64,000 nucleotides of DNA from Chrysemys picta bellii (Eukaryota): contig NC_088794.1 in NCBI RefSeq assembly GCF_011386835.1, positions 112,716,001 through 112,780,000 on the forward strand. Direction: 5' to 3'. Made by a program: the position numbers and the translations under genes. How positions within the stretch are numbered: the first letter of the stretch is position 1; each line of letters opens with the position of its first letter. Below the pieces are notes generated by a model. The model saw nothing but the letters and a program-made list of their open reading frames with translations, had not been told where the DNA came from and did no database searches. This document shows positions 37,316 to 49,619 of the stretch, one piece after another.

Positions 37316-38173
37316 AAGCTGGAGGGTGCATGGAGGCATAGGAGATTTCTGGGAAAGTTGAGGAGCAGGAAGGGAAACTGAGGGAGTTCTAGGGAATGTA
37401 GGGTACAGGAGGGAGACTGAGGGAAATTTGGGGGCAGAGTCAGAGGCTAAGGAGTGCCAGGAAGGTGATTGAGGAGGTGCAGGGTAATACAGAGAGCATG
37501 AGAGAGATTGAGGATGCAGAGGAATGTGGGTAGCAGAGTGGGAAAATTGAATGATAAGAGACTATCAAAGGACTGGGAGGGAAAATATGGAGCATGGCAT
37601 GGATCAACAACAGGAAACTAGGGGGAGCATGTAGGGAGAATGTGTGGGAGGCAGGAGATTGGGTGTGGCACAGAGGGTGTCAAGAGGGGACTGGGAGGAT
37701 GGTGACAAGACAAGATTGCTATAGGGGAGGGGGGTGGAGAGGGATAGAATGGCAGCTTCCTCACCCCATGGGTAAATGAGGTCCCCTCTGAGCAGCCAAT
37801 CAAGATATCCAAGTGCCTTGTGACAGAGCAGCATGTACGCCACATGTGGCTGCCACACAAAGTGTGACATCATTATTCATCTATACTTAGCCATTGCGTT
37901 AAAGAAGGGCTATTTCAAAGGACACACCCCCTGAGATGGCTCATTCTCTTGGCTGAATTTCTGGCCAATTCACGGTGCCCCAGATTACTTTCCAACCCTA
38001 AAAATATTTCACTGCAGTGCTACTGCTGTGCAGCTATCTAGCTGACAGAAATAGTAACATTGGCTCTGTAATAAGCCAGAGCTGGAGAGGAGGGGGGTGG
38101 GTGGGAAAGGACAAATGAGCTTTTTACAGTGTAAGAGAAACTCACAATACTAGGATAACATTTCAACCAATGG

Positions 38174-38578
38174 TGACAGGTTTCAGAGTGGTAGCCGTGT
38201 TAGTCTGTATCAGCAAAAAGAACGAGGAGTCCTTGTGGCACCTTAGAGACTAACAAGCATAAGCTTTTGTGGGCTAAAACCCATTTCATCAGATGCATAC
38301 AGTGGAAAATACAGTAGGAAGATATATAAACACAGAGAACATGAAAAAATGGGGGTTGCCATACCAACTCTAACGAGACTAATCAATTAAGGTGGGCTAT
38401 TACCAGCAGGAGAAAAAAAACTTTTGTAGTGATAATCAGGGTGCCCCATTTCAAGCAGTTGACAAGAAGGTGTGAGTAACAGTAGGGAAAAAATTAGCAT
38501 GGGGAAATAGCCCACGAAAGCTTATGCCCAAATAAATTTGTTAGTCTCTAAGGTACCACAAGTACTCCTTGTTCTTTT
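38174..38578. mobile_element. Short Penelope-like element with inverted terminal segment (subfamily A), in SYNDIG1L intron
   Basis: The 3' end gtagccgtgttagtctgtatc...ggcaccttagagactaac is on the minus strand, with a partial inverted copy at 38508-38578; 14-bp TSD atttcaaccaatgg (38160-38173, 38579-38592). Confidence 0.9.
38257..38296 (-). ncRNA. Hammerhead-ribozyme motif, degenerate (G10.1A, G12A)
   Basis: GCAT-CTGATGA-A-ATGGG-ttttag-CCCAC-AAAA-GCTT-ATGC on the minus strand. Confidence 0.7.
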
Positions 38579-38898
38579 ATTTCAACCAATGGGACTGCAA
38601 TATGCAAATGAAATGAGATCACAGTATTATAATTGATTAAGTCCTCCTGGATGCTTTAATCTCAGCTCCACTTTGATTTCAGAGTCAGATTAAATTTGCA
38701 AAGTATCCCACCAAAAATAACCCCGTTGGACACCAACAGAAGCAGCTGGGACACTCTGTGGTGATGCCGAGTTCAGACAGAAGGGGATGGTAGAAATTTA
38801 ACACCTTCAGTACCATTTGTGCACCATCTACCCCCAAGGACAGTCGGACATATTCACCGGGGAGCAGCTTGTTGCTGTTTCTCCTAAAAGTAGCTCAC

Positions 38899-39309
38899 CT
38901 CATACTCCTGGAATTCCTCCTCCTCCACCTCATAGGACACTGTTTGGATTCTGATGTCACCCTCCATCTGGCAGGGCCCTTGTTTTTCTCGCCCATCTGC
39001 AGCCTCAGAGGGGGCCTCTTTGTTTTCCATGAAGGTCGTCTCGCAGCTCTCCCCTTTGTTGTCCTTGGCCTTGAGACTGGTCTCATCCTTCACCAGGATG
39101 AAGTTGGGACCATACAATGCTTCAACAGCCAGCTGCAGAGAACTGGCATCCAGCAGCTGGTGAGTCCTGGCACTGCCAGTGTTTTGAAAGATGTAAAGTT
39201 TCCCCTGGCAGCAATGACTAGGGTGATGCTGATGGTAGGAGTAGCTACCGTGAAGATGCTTGCTGCTCTTGGCCAGCAGTGGGTTCTGAAGCTCACTCAA
39301 ACTTTCCAT
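38899..39309 (-). CDS. SYNDIG1L: SYNDIG1L coding exon 1 (137 codons, N-terminal cytoplasmic region)
   Basis: Translates MESLSELQNPLLAKSSKHLHG...LQLAVEALYGP...SCETTF...IQTVSYEVEEEEFQEYE, recognisable as the SYNDIG1L N-terminus. Acceptor (ttttattcctcAG|, exon starts 39350) lies 41 nt before the ATG; donor GAG|GTGAGC at 38899/38898, phase 0. Confidence 0.95.
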
Positions 39310-39350
39310 TCTGCTAAAAATGGCCTGGAGAAGCTAACAGGAGGGTAACC
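39310..39350 (-). other. SYNDIG1L: 5'UTR part of the first coding exon of SYNDIG1L
   Basis: Strong polypyrimidine tract + AG immediately upstream (tcactccttcctttctcttttattcctcag), which implies an upstream non-coding exon. Confidence 0.75.
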
Positions 39351-40229
39351 CTGAGGAATAAAAGAGAAAGGAAGGAGTGAGTGTATAATATCAACAAGGC
39401 GAGGCTGCAGATTCAGGGGTACCATTCATAGTAACATCTACTGAGCACAGCAGAGATGACTGCAGGACACTGGCCAGTGCAAAATGGCACTATCTGGCTG
39501 CACTAGGGAGAACAAGAATCTAAGAATCCTATTCCATGGCTTGAACACTGTCTCAGATAATTGAGGAGCTGTTCATCTGTCACAAGCTGACAGTAAGCTA
39601 AGCATGTGATGAGATGATCTGATAACATCAGGCTGGAATGAGTGGAGGATTTGCTGTATCTACAATGCACATTGAGAAGGGACCATACAGTCAGATAGGA
39701 ATGCCTGTTGCATCCTTTCTGGTGGCTCATAATTTATATTGCTGTAGAGGATACCAGATGGCATTGCAGTAGATGCACAGCTGGCATCCACTTGAGGGGC
39801 CTTTCTGACGTCCGAAACTAGCAGGACACACAGTAAATTACAGCCCTTCATGCATTACAGTTTCAGCAGCTAATGGTTTCTAAACATACTCAAGCTTTCA
39901 TAGCGCTTTTTAATGCCTGGGCTCGGGCTGGTGAGGGAGTGAGTATAAATTCAGGGAAGATGGAAGGCTGCTGTGAGGATATTTTAATTACTGTTACCGT
40001 CTTAGTGTTCTCTTGGGGGTCTGCCTTTCCATACGCTATACAAAGCACAGTAAGGGAGAGAGGGATTGAGAGGCTGAGGCCTGGTCTACAACCACAGCTG
40101 CATTTACCTATCTATTGAAGGTCTTTATATGGTCCCATCACTGTAGTACCTGAGCACTCACAATCTTTCATGTATTTGTCCTCCCAATACCGCTGTGCGG
40201 TGGGGAAGTGCTATTGTCCCCATTATACA

Positions 40230-40430
40230 CAGGGCCGGCTCCAGCCACCAGCTTGGCAAGCTGGTGCTTGGGGCGGCCACTCCAGACAGGGGTGGCAGGT
40301 CCAGCTATTCGGCGGCCAGGAGCGAAGGACCTTCCGCCGAATTGCCGCCGCAGATCGCGATCGCGGCTTTTTTTTTTTTTTTTTTTTTTTGTGGCTGCTT
40401 GGGGCGGCCAAATCCCTGGAGCCGGCCCTG
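40230..40430. mobile_element. GC-rich hAT-type MITE (related to 3379-3614, opposite orientation) inserted in a MIR core
   Basis: TIR cagggccggctccag; TSD attataca / attatata. The flanks rejoin as MIR tattgtccccattata...gatggggaactgaggcacagag. Confidence 0.9.
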
Positions 40431-40466
40431 ATTATATAGATGGGGAACTGAGGCACAGAGAAAAAA

Positions 40467-41014
40467 GGGTATAGCTACACTTTGAGTTAGGGGCGTGATT
40501 CCCATCTCATGGAAACACTTACGCTAGCTGTCATTGAGCTATCCTGTTATGAACAGAATGCAGCTGTGGCTACCCCAAGTCCCTGCCTAGGATCTCGGAG
40601 AGGTACGTACTCGGTGGCTAGCCTGTCTCACAGCCATGGCTATATTCTATTCTTAGCTGCTGGCTCAATGAGAGCTAGCACAAGTATGTCTCCCCGAGCC
40701 ATGAATCACACCCCCAGCTCCAAGTGTAGACCTACCCAGCCTAGGGGTATGTCTCCATTAGACACGCTACTCTGGTTCAGCTGCACCACTGCAGTGTAAA
40801 CACTCACTACAGCAATGGAAGGGGTTCCTCCCTTCATGTAGTAAAACCACCTCTCAGAGGCGGTAGTTAGACTGATAGAAGAATTCTTCTATTGACCTAG
40901 CGGTGTCTACACTGGGGCTTAGGTCAGCTGAATTGTACGACACGGGGTGTGACATTTTTCATGGCCCTGAGAGATGTAGTTAAACTGACCTAACTTTGTA
41001 GTGTAGGACAGCCC
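40467..41014. mobile_element. Two adjacent Harbinger-type MITEs (40467-40737, 40745-41014)
   Basis: gggtatagctacac...gtgtagacctaccc, then gggtatgtctcc...gtgtaggacagccc. Confidence 0.65.
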
Positions 41015-42429
41015 TACGTGACTTGCCTAGGGGCACGCAGGATGTTTGTGACAGAGCAGAAATTGAACCCAGGTCTCCTACAGCCCCGAATAGCCGCCTA
41101 ACTACTGCACCATCTTTCCTTTCTAAACCCATTTTTCTAAACTAGGGCAACATCACAGCTTTAATTAAACCAGCAGCACCCCGAGCATAGAAAAGCCCTA
41201 CCACGGAGCTCAGTTCCAGAGACTCTAACTTGAGCTGGCTGACATTTTTTTGCACAAAACAATTTCCCATCAGAAAATGTGATTGTCAAAATCAAAATCT
41301 GCCATGGGAAGATGTTGATTTTGACAAAATTGTTTGACTTTCCATCAGCAAAAAATAAACAAAACAAACATTTGGTTTTGAACAGACATTTCTTAAATGA
41401 CCGGAAAAGAATCTTTTTTTTTTTTAAATGTCAATTCAAATCAAACTGTATTTTGGGAACGATGAATCATTTCATTTTAATTAACAATGTAGACATCGCT
41501 CGTTTTAACATTTCCAAATCAAAATATTTTGGAACCCTTTGTTCTGTGAAAACAGCCGATATTTTGACTTTTCCTCCTGATTTGGCATGAAAACAAATGT
41601 TAGAATATCAGACTTTCCCCTGGGGTACAAACTCCGTTATTTGGCCACCTCTAATTCTAACACTAGACACTGTTTTTACAGCAGTTCTTTAGCATGCACC
41701 TGTCTCCTAAATAGACCTCAATGGGACACCCTTCTGCCTTGCAGCCCAGAATGTCATTTCTTTTTAGACACCTTAGTAATTTCTTTCTCTGCAGTATGTT
41801 ATATAGTATAGGCAGATTCATCTGCGCCATGTAGGGCTCTCTGGGATATGCCACTCTTTCTGATCTAAAGCATATCACCTTCGTTTTATCTGTCCTCCAG
41901 ATGAAAATTTAAATAAAGAAGTTGAATTGAAGACTCCTGAGGATCAAAAGCCCAATTAGCTCCCATGTGTTTGTCCCCAGGGCCAATCCCAGCTTCTCCC
42001 CTACTGTACAATTCCTAGTATGGTATCCAGCTTCAAAATATCCCTATCAATGAGCTTCCATCCCTTCCCTTTAGGGCAGCATTTTCCAAACTTTTGGAAG
42101 TTGAGCCTCCCTTCAGGAAGATGAAATCATTCTCTCCCTCCCCTCAAATCCTTCAGCACCACCTTGTGTTGTTAAAGGCCTACCCATCTTAATTCAGACA
42201 TCTTTCATGCCTCTCCCCACCAAGACAGTCATTGAAATCATAGTCTGACCTTCGGTATGTCACAGCCCACCAACACCACCCAGCATCCACACACTAAACC
42301 CAACAACCGAAATAAGACTAATGGCATGCCCCAGATTTTTAATTTTCCCACCCTACTAAGAATTTCTATTTGAACCATTAACATGTAAGGAAGACCTAGT
42401 TAAAATTAATTAATAAAGCCTGGTACAGG

Positions 42430-43810
42430 CATATATGGGAAATTTTCAATAGAGAAGTTCAACAATCTGGATGAGGTGTGTTTTAAGACTATTGAAGGAA
42501 TGATCTAACAAATTATAGCACTGACAGTTAATTCAAGGAAGTCACAGAGAACTGGGCTTGTAATGGAGGGTTGGAAAAGGGAAAAAAGTGATCCTGCCAA
42601 TTACTTTCCTGTAAATTTAAATTCTACTTCTAATAAAATAATGGAACAAATATTAAGGGGTGAAAAATCACGAGACGTCTACAGGATAATGATCCAACCA
42701 TGGAGTTTGCGAAGAAAAGATCTTGGCAGACAAACTTGCATTTTTAGTAAAGCATTTGACAACTTTTCTCATTACATTTTTTCTGCCAAAGTTCATTTGA
42801 AGTGGGAAATAGTCACTGAACTGGACAGAAAACTGCCTGAAGGACCATGAACAAAGGGTGCTGATAAATGGTCCTGTATGGGGTTGCAGGGCAACGTTTA
42901 GTGAATGTTGCATGTTTCAATGTTACATCTAGTCTTATTTAAGATCTTCATTAAATGATCCGGAAGAAGGAATGAACTGCACATTAATTAAATTTGCTCA
43001 CAGTACTACAATGGGAAGCGTTGTGAATATTGGTGGGTAAAGAAATAATGCAAAGGGTCCTGGGGAAATTGAAAACATAAGTATGAGATAAAATGAAACT
43101 GAACTTGGAAAAAGACAGCTAAAACATGAGGAAAATAATCTGAAACACAGGCAATCAAATGGAATTGAAGCGCTGGGATGCAGAGATGGCTAAAAGAGAT
43201 TTAGTGGGGATATTGGACAGCAAGTTAGACCAGCAGTGCAATATGGCAGCAAAACAGGCCTTTGTGAGGCATCAAATAACAAAGCCCAAAGGTGATTGTT
43301 TCTCTTTATATAGTTCTACTGCAACTGAACCCGGATTATGTGAGCTTGGGAACCTTATAACTAGAAAGATACTGATGAACTGGAAAAAGTTCAGAGAAGA
43401 GCAACAAAGATGGGGCTGGATGGACAGATTTACAAGGAAAGATTGAAAGAGCAAAATCTGTCTAGTTGGAACAACACAGAGGGACATGGTAACAGTCTGC
43501 AAATAGCTGAAGGGTGTAAGTATCCAGAAGGGTGACGAATTACTCAGGGTGGCTCAAGGGAGTAAAATTGGGAGTAATCAAGGAACAGATGGGAAAGTGT
43601 AAGTTAAGTACTAAGAAAGTCTCCCCAAGAGTGAGCGGTAGTGGTTGCAGAATTCTCTCCCATAGGAAGTGATGAAGGCCAGCCGCTTGGGACTTTTAAA
43701 GCTATGCTGGACAAAGCACTAAGCTACGTAGAGAACAATCCCACATTGACAGCGGGTGGATGGGAGGCACCCAGGGTCTTTTCCCTCGCTAGCTTCTGTA
43801 ACTCTGTGGA
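42430..43810 (+). mobile_element. Old CR1 ORF2 fragment
   Basis: Decayed motifs: aaagcatttgac, aattaaatttgct (FADD region), ggacagcaagttagac, gaaaaagttcagagaagagcaacaaa, ctggacaaagcact. Confidence 0.8.
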
Positions 43811-43986
43811 ACAGAGCTCCCTCTGTTTAATGTTCTCTGTGATATAAGGCCCCCAACACTCTTTTCCTTGCTGCCCTTCAACACCTCAGGGGCTTGGCTC
43901 CCAGAGATGGTGTTATAAAGAGAGGAAAAAAGGATATTAGGGTGTTGATTGTAGGGGATCAAGGGCCAACAGAGGTAACCTAAGTA

Positions 43987-44308
43987 TCAGGGGGTAGCCG
44001 TGTTAGTCTGTATCTACAAAAACAACAAGGAGTCTGGTGGCACCTTAAAGATTAACTGATTTATTTGGGCATAAGCTTTTCATCTATTATTGGGAGTGGA
44101 CTACATCCACCCTGATTGAATTGGCTCTGTCAACACTGGTTCTCCACTTGCGAAGTAACTCCCTGCTCTCCATGTGTCAGTATATAATGCCTGCATCTGT
44201 AACTTTCACTCTATGCATCCGAAGAAGTGAAGTTTTTACCCATGAAAGCTTATGCCCAAATAAATCTGATAGTCTTTAAGGTGCCACCAGACTCCTTGTT
44301 GTTTTTTT
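43987..44308. mobile_element. Short fold-back Penelope-like element (subfamily B)
   Basis: 43987-44080 is an inverted copy of the element 3' terminus; 44081-44308 matches the 3' end of the 56-58 kb element; 16-bp direct repeat agaggtaacctaagta (43971-43986, 44309-44324). Confidence 0.92.
44215..44255 (+). ncRNA. Hammerhead-like motif with CCGAAGA core, weakened stem II
   Basis: GCAT-CCGAAGA-A-GTGAA-gttttta-CCCAT-GAAA-GCTT-ATGC. Confidence 0.6.
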
Positions 44309-46479
44309 AGAGGTAACCTAAGTACATCTGCCCTGAGCCATCCCATAAGACTGTGGCTGCAGCAGGAAGGAGTGTGGGAATTGCTGTATTAAGTTGATGG
44401 CCAACTCTGCACAGGGAGGATCATGGTCAGCAATCTCTCTTTTGTGGAACAGCTACAGAAAAATCCCAGCAAACTGCATCGGCAGCTCCCTCTCTAGGGA
44501 GAAAGCTGGATAACAAGGGCCCCAGGATAAGGAGAGAAATGAGAAGCGAGACCTTTCCACCACAGGTCTCATAAATATGCAAAGTTACCCTGAAGTGCAG
44601 CCACAGGAACAGTCTGATTATTAGGTTGCAGCTGTAGCTTTATGTGGAAGTGGAGCATTGAGGGATATCGTGTCAGAGCCCTATAGGTGCTGTGCTCAGC
44701 TATATTGTAATGCAAGCAAGGAATATGCTTCCTACTTTAATACAACAGGGTTAGCATGTCCTCTGAAGAGCCCTCTAATATCACAGAGGCAGCTGGGGCA
44801 GGGGAAGGAAGACAATTGTTGAAGGGTTAGAGATCATTCTAATTTTTTAAAGGCACCAAGGTCAGAGCATTGCACAAATATAGCAGATGAGTGTTTGTGA
44901 GTACACGTGTTTGTGTGCAGTGAACAAAGTAAGTTCTTCGGGACAGGGACTGCGTTTCATATGTTTGCACAGCACTTACAATGCTCCTGAGAATATGTGG
45001 ATGATGTAGGGAATTACAGGAGAAGCAAGAAAAGAAAGACATACAGTCATCCCCCTCCCCGACCCCTGAAGAGACAGAGTCCAGCAAATCATGCGGTAAA
45101 CTCCAAACCAGCCTAGACTTCCTTGAGTTCTTCAGTGAGTTTAATGAAATTGGGGCCTTATTACCCATCATCAGGCTTTGGAGAGAAAGAATGAAACTGG
45201 CAGATCAAAGCGAAGAAGCAGTGAACAGACAAAATTGGCTGAGAGCAAAGCACACTCCATCCTCATTATAAACTCACTTGGATGGAATGCGGCACTATTC
45301 ACTCCACAGAATTAGTCTGCATAATACTGAGACCGGGTAACAGCAGGTGTCATTGGGTGGTTAGGGAAGATACATACACACAGAGCTCAGACAGAGAGAT
45401 GCACCTGGAGGAGGGAGTCTATCAGATTGACAGAGACAGACTGTACCTGCAGTCAGGCTGGGATATCGCCCAGGTACCCATGGATGCTGTGTATCCATAA
45501 TTACTTGGCTGTTTTCTCCCTACAGTTGCACACTCAGTCACTCCAGAGGGTGAGGCCTCTACACCCCCAGTCTCAGCCTCCCCTGCCCATTGCTCCAGTC
45601 CTTGGCAGAACACAAAACTGATCAGTGTGCCTCACACCAAGAGATCACCAAAACAAGTGCCGCATTGGAGACAATGAACATGAACTGAGCTAAGGAAAAA
45701 ACAAACAGGGCCAGATTCTGGTCTCAGTAGCCCCAGGATAAATCCGGGTCTCGTTGAGTGTGACTGATGTCTCCCAGCGCCAAAGCCCCCAGCTCTCAAG
45801 ACTAGACTGGCACGTTTATCCTCCCCAGTGCAATAAGGTTACAGTCACTGAATACTCCTCTCTGTGGACAGTCCTTGATTCTAATTTGACACTTGGCACA
45901 GATGCTGGGGGTAACAAGCTGGGTTAATGGTAAATTAAGTAGCTTTTCCAATGATCAATCACAATTTAGTTGTTCTGTCAGGTAAACATTCAGCCCTGCC
46001 TCACTGTTAGGATATGTCTGGATTACATCTCCCCAGATGCCTCCAGAGGAGGTTAGAACATCTGGATGTGAGACTTTAAGCCATGGAACCTTCTGGCTGA
46101 CATGCAAGAGCGCTCCCAACTGAGCCATGCTGGCACATTCAGAGAGCAGTACCGGGCACTGCAGCCACTCTGCCAGGCTCATGGTGAAGCTGTTTGAGAG
46201 AGGAGCAATCAGGGAAGCCAGGAGATAACAACACAGCACAGCAGCTGCAGGGAGAGGAGCTCCTGCTCCAGCTACAGTGAAAATAGCATACAAATAGTCT
46301 CACCTGCCTTGGCCTCAAGGCATAACGATAGGCAGACTCCATGTTGCGCAGCACTTGACATGACAGCACAGAGACGGCAATGGAGACGTTATTATTGTTA
46401 CTTGTGGAGTGCCAACCCGTAAGTGCACATGATCATAATTGTGCTTGGTGCTTTCCAGAGATAAGAGGAGGCCCTGCTC

Positions 46480-47180
46480 CTGCCTGACACACAAGGAGGA
46501 GACATCACTGCCTCCAGGAGCTAATTATCTGGTTCAGACCAAGAGAGAACCAACCCAAACGGGCAGGTGAAAAGCAGGGGAAGAGGGTACCAGGAAGAGG
46601 ATCACGGTTGGAAGGGTGAGCAAAAGAAATGGTTTACAGGAGGGATCAGAAGGAGCAGAGACCAGCCATTCAGTCACATGGGTGTGCAGAAAGCTGTCCC
46701 AAGTGGATGAGGCACTGGGCAGCATGAGAAAAGGGGCCAGGTCAAGTGTGAGCAAGAGACAAAAGGAGCCTTAAAGTGAGAGCAATAGGCTCAGAGTAGG
46801 GTATGGTGAGGGAAGGGAAGGCAGAAATGAATGCAGTGTTGTAGGCAGTGGTGAGATTACGTAGGGCCTTGAAGAAGAGAGTGAGGAGCTTGAACTTGAT
46901 GCAAAAGGAGAGGAAGCCAGGAAAGGGATGCAAGGTGGAAAGAGACCAAGGGAAAAAGCTGGTCAGAGCAGCATATGGATGGAAGGGATGGGGTCTGCGG
47001 GAGACACAGGGAGGGGGAAGTGTAATCCAAGCAACCTATGAGCCGGGTGCATACAGGGGTTCTAGCAAGCAGGATGATGAGAGAGGGGATTTTAGAGCTA
47101 TTATAAGGGAAGGATTTACAGGGAAGAAGGTGACACAGATTGTGGGCCTGGCTAATGGGCACGATACAGGGTGTCTGTGA
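46480..47180 (-). mobile_element. L2 LINE 3' fragment
   Basis: Reverse frame IKFKLLTLFFKALRNLTTAY resembles the L2 ORF2 C-terminus (FKLLLLTFKAL); G/A-rich on the plus strand. Confidence 0.7.
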
Positions 47181-48016
47181 TGAACAACTCATGCACAGCT
47201 GTGAAGCAACTTGTTTGAGAGAGCTGGAAAGGAATGAATATGGCGTTTGTTCTGCCCTCCTAATAGGGGCAGAGTCAGCTGCCTCAGTGATGGGCTTCCA
47301 GAGCTGACAGAGACTAAATTGCTTTGAGAATTGGGATACTGTGTGCTGCTTTTCAGGGATTCGCTAGTCAAATTGGTTGATTTCCAGATGCAAATCAAAT
47401 CTTCATTCTCACTTAGATAAATGTTTCTCTGCAGAAACATTTCATCCAGACTACTTTGGGCCGAAGCATGGCTCCTGATGGTGACAGCCAGAACATCAGC
47501 CCCCAATCCCTTCAGTGGTGCTAGTCCGGCAGCTGCGCAAAGCAGCATCATAGCGGGGACGCTCCATCAGGATTCCTTACATTCCCCCACACCTCCATCC
47601 CAGTTCCATTAAAACGTACCAATGCAAACCAGATGGGCTCTTGCAGGGATCAGGTTAGGGTGCACTTAGACAAGAGGGGCTTGGAACATGCTGGGTAAGT
47701 TAACACGCTACATGTGAGTTTACCAATGTATATATAAGAGGTCCACATTTCGACTGTCTCCTGCTCTCCCCCATCATTTCTACGTTGCCTGTACTCCTGG
47801 AATGTGAGCTCCTTGGGGCCGGGAGCCTCTTCGCATGTGTAGGTAGTGCCCAGCACACAATGTGCAGCATCAGCATACAAAAAATAGATTTTCCAATGAA
47901 ATCCATGGACCTGCTACTTTTCCATCTGGCCTCTAGATGTCTCAGTCACTCTACAGAGAATGGTGCATTTATCAGAAGGTAAAGAGTTGATTCCCAATCT
48001 GGTACCGGGCATGGAT

Positions 48017-48410
48017 AGTTTAGAGTGGTTCTCACCAGGGGTCTGTGTATCCCTGGGTACTCAGAGGTCTTCCAGGAGGTACTCAATTCATCTAGGTGAG
48101 TGTTTCTCAACCTGGGGGTTGCAGCCCACAGGGGGGTCATGGGCTGTGTTCCCTCTAAGGTGCACGCCTGTGTGGCTACACAGGAGGCCCTCAAGGGCTG
48201 TGCACCAGCCGCGCAGGTGCGCACATGGGTGAGCGTGTAGGGTGGGTGGGGACAGTGGGATGAGGTGAGGGTTGGTGATGGTGACTTGGGGGAGCTTGGG
48301 GTGTGCAGAGCTATGGGGGAGGAGAGATGCCTCTCTCCCAGCCCCAGTGCTGCGGCGAGGAGAGGGGGCTCCCTCAGCAGCACTGGAAACAATTTATTAT
48401 TAAACATTGC
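48017..48410. mobile_element. Fragmented hAT (Charlie-like) MITE ends
   Basis: agtggttctcaccaggggtc and gtgtttctcaacctggggg TIR-type starts; a matching-type opposite end (ggctgagaaccaatg) occurs in a separate fragment at about 50200-50437. Confidence 0.5.
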
Positions 48411-49619
48411 AATTTATATTAAAATCTGAGCTGATCTTGGAGTTTACATTATTTATCAGCTTTGAAAACTGCTGCTGCTCCCACAACCAGACAATAGAAA
48501 ACGACACATTTTTTTACTCTAGTACAATTGAACTGAAATGTAAAATAACTTTTAAAAATAGCCAATATGTTTAAAGAAATACATTGTTACCTGACCTCTG
48601 CTCTTACCCTGTGCACTTGGGGACCAGACTACTTTGTCATAAAGCTACGATGAGAGAAATAATAGTATTAATACAATTTCTCCATTTGTAGAAAGGAGCT
48701 AATGATATTTACCTGCTTCAAAATAGTTATTGTGTGGCTAAATTAATTCAAATGTAAAAACTTATCTGATGGCCTCAGAAGGAAGAGTAGTAGTTTTATT
48801 AGTAGTAGTTTTATTATTACTCCTCCATTAACTATGTTGGGTTTTTTTGGGGGGTGGGGGGAAGGGTTGTATGGCTTGGATTGTTCAGGAAACTTATGGG
48901 ATATGATAACTTTAGTTAATGAGAATCCGAAGCAATAAACCAATATTAATAAAATAGCTTTATATTAATATTATTGTAATGTATTATGTATCGTTTGTGT
49001 TTATACTTCCTTCCCTTTTCCTTCCCTCCTTTCCCCCCCCTTCTCTTGACTGTATATTTTGGTGTATCTTATTCTCCCTCCCATATATCTGCTCTCACAC
49101 ACTTCCCCACATACCCACATATCCGTTCACACACACTGTCCCTCAGGCCTATCAGAGGCACTTACTCACACTTTTAGGGATGTCTTTCTGATGCTGGGGG
49201 GGGGAGAGAGAGTATTTCTTGTCTCTATCAGAGAAGGGGCTGCTGTAGAAAGGTCCTTTCCTTTTCTCCTTGTTAGATCTTTAGGCTTAGGGCACTGGTC
49301 TGCACTGTACTCAGTTTACTGTGCTTAGTTTAGTCTTAGCCCAGGCAGTGAGCTGAGTTACAATCAGCCACTCAACATGGGTTCTGACGGAGAAGGGGAC
49401 AAAGGGGAGGGAGCTGCAGTTGGAAGCGGGGAGGAGCAGGATTGGTCAGTAGTTGCTCTGAGGACAGGAACAGGGAGAAGAGGGCACTAGAATCCTGGGA
49501 AGGGCGAGGGACGGAGCTGCAGAAAGGAAAGTAATTGTTTATATTTGTCTCCCACCTGCCATAGGTAGCAGCAGGGTCTCTCCATAGAGCATTGCTTGCT
49601 CAGGTGACAGGGGGTATTT

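Noticed and set aside
38869-39348. 159-aa minus-strand ORF overlapping SYNDIG1L exon in another frame, plus other overlapping ORFs
   Set aside because: Non-ATG start and no recognisable domain; explained as a shadow frame of the real exon.
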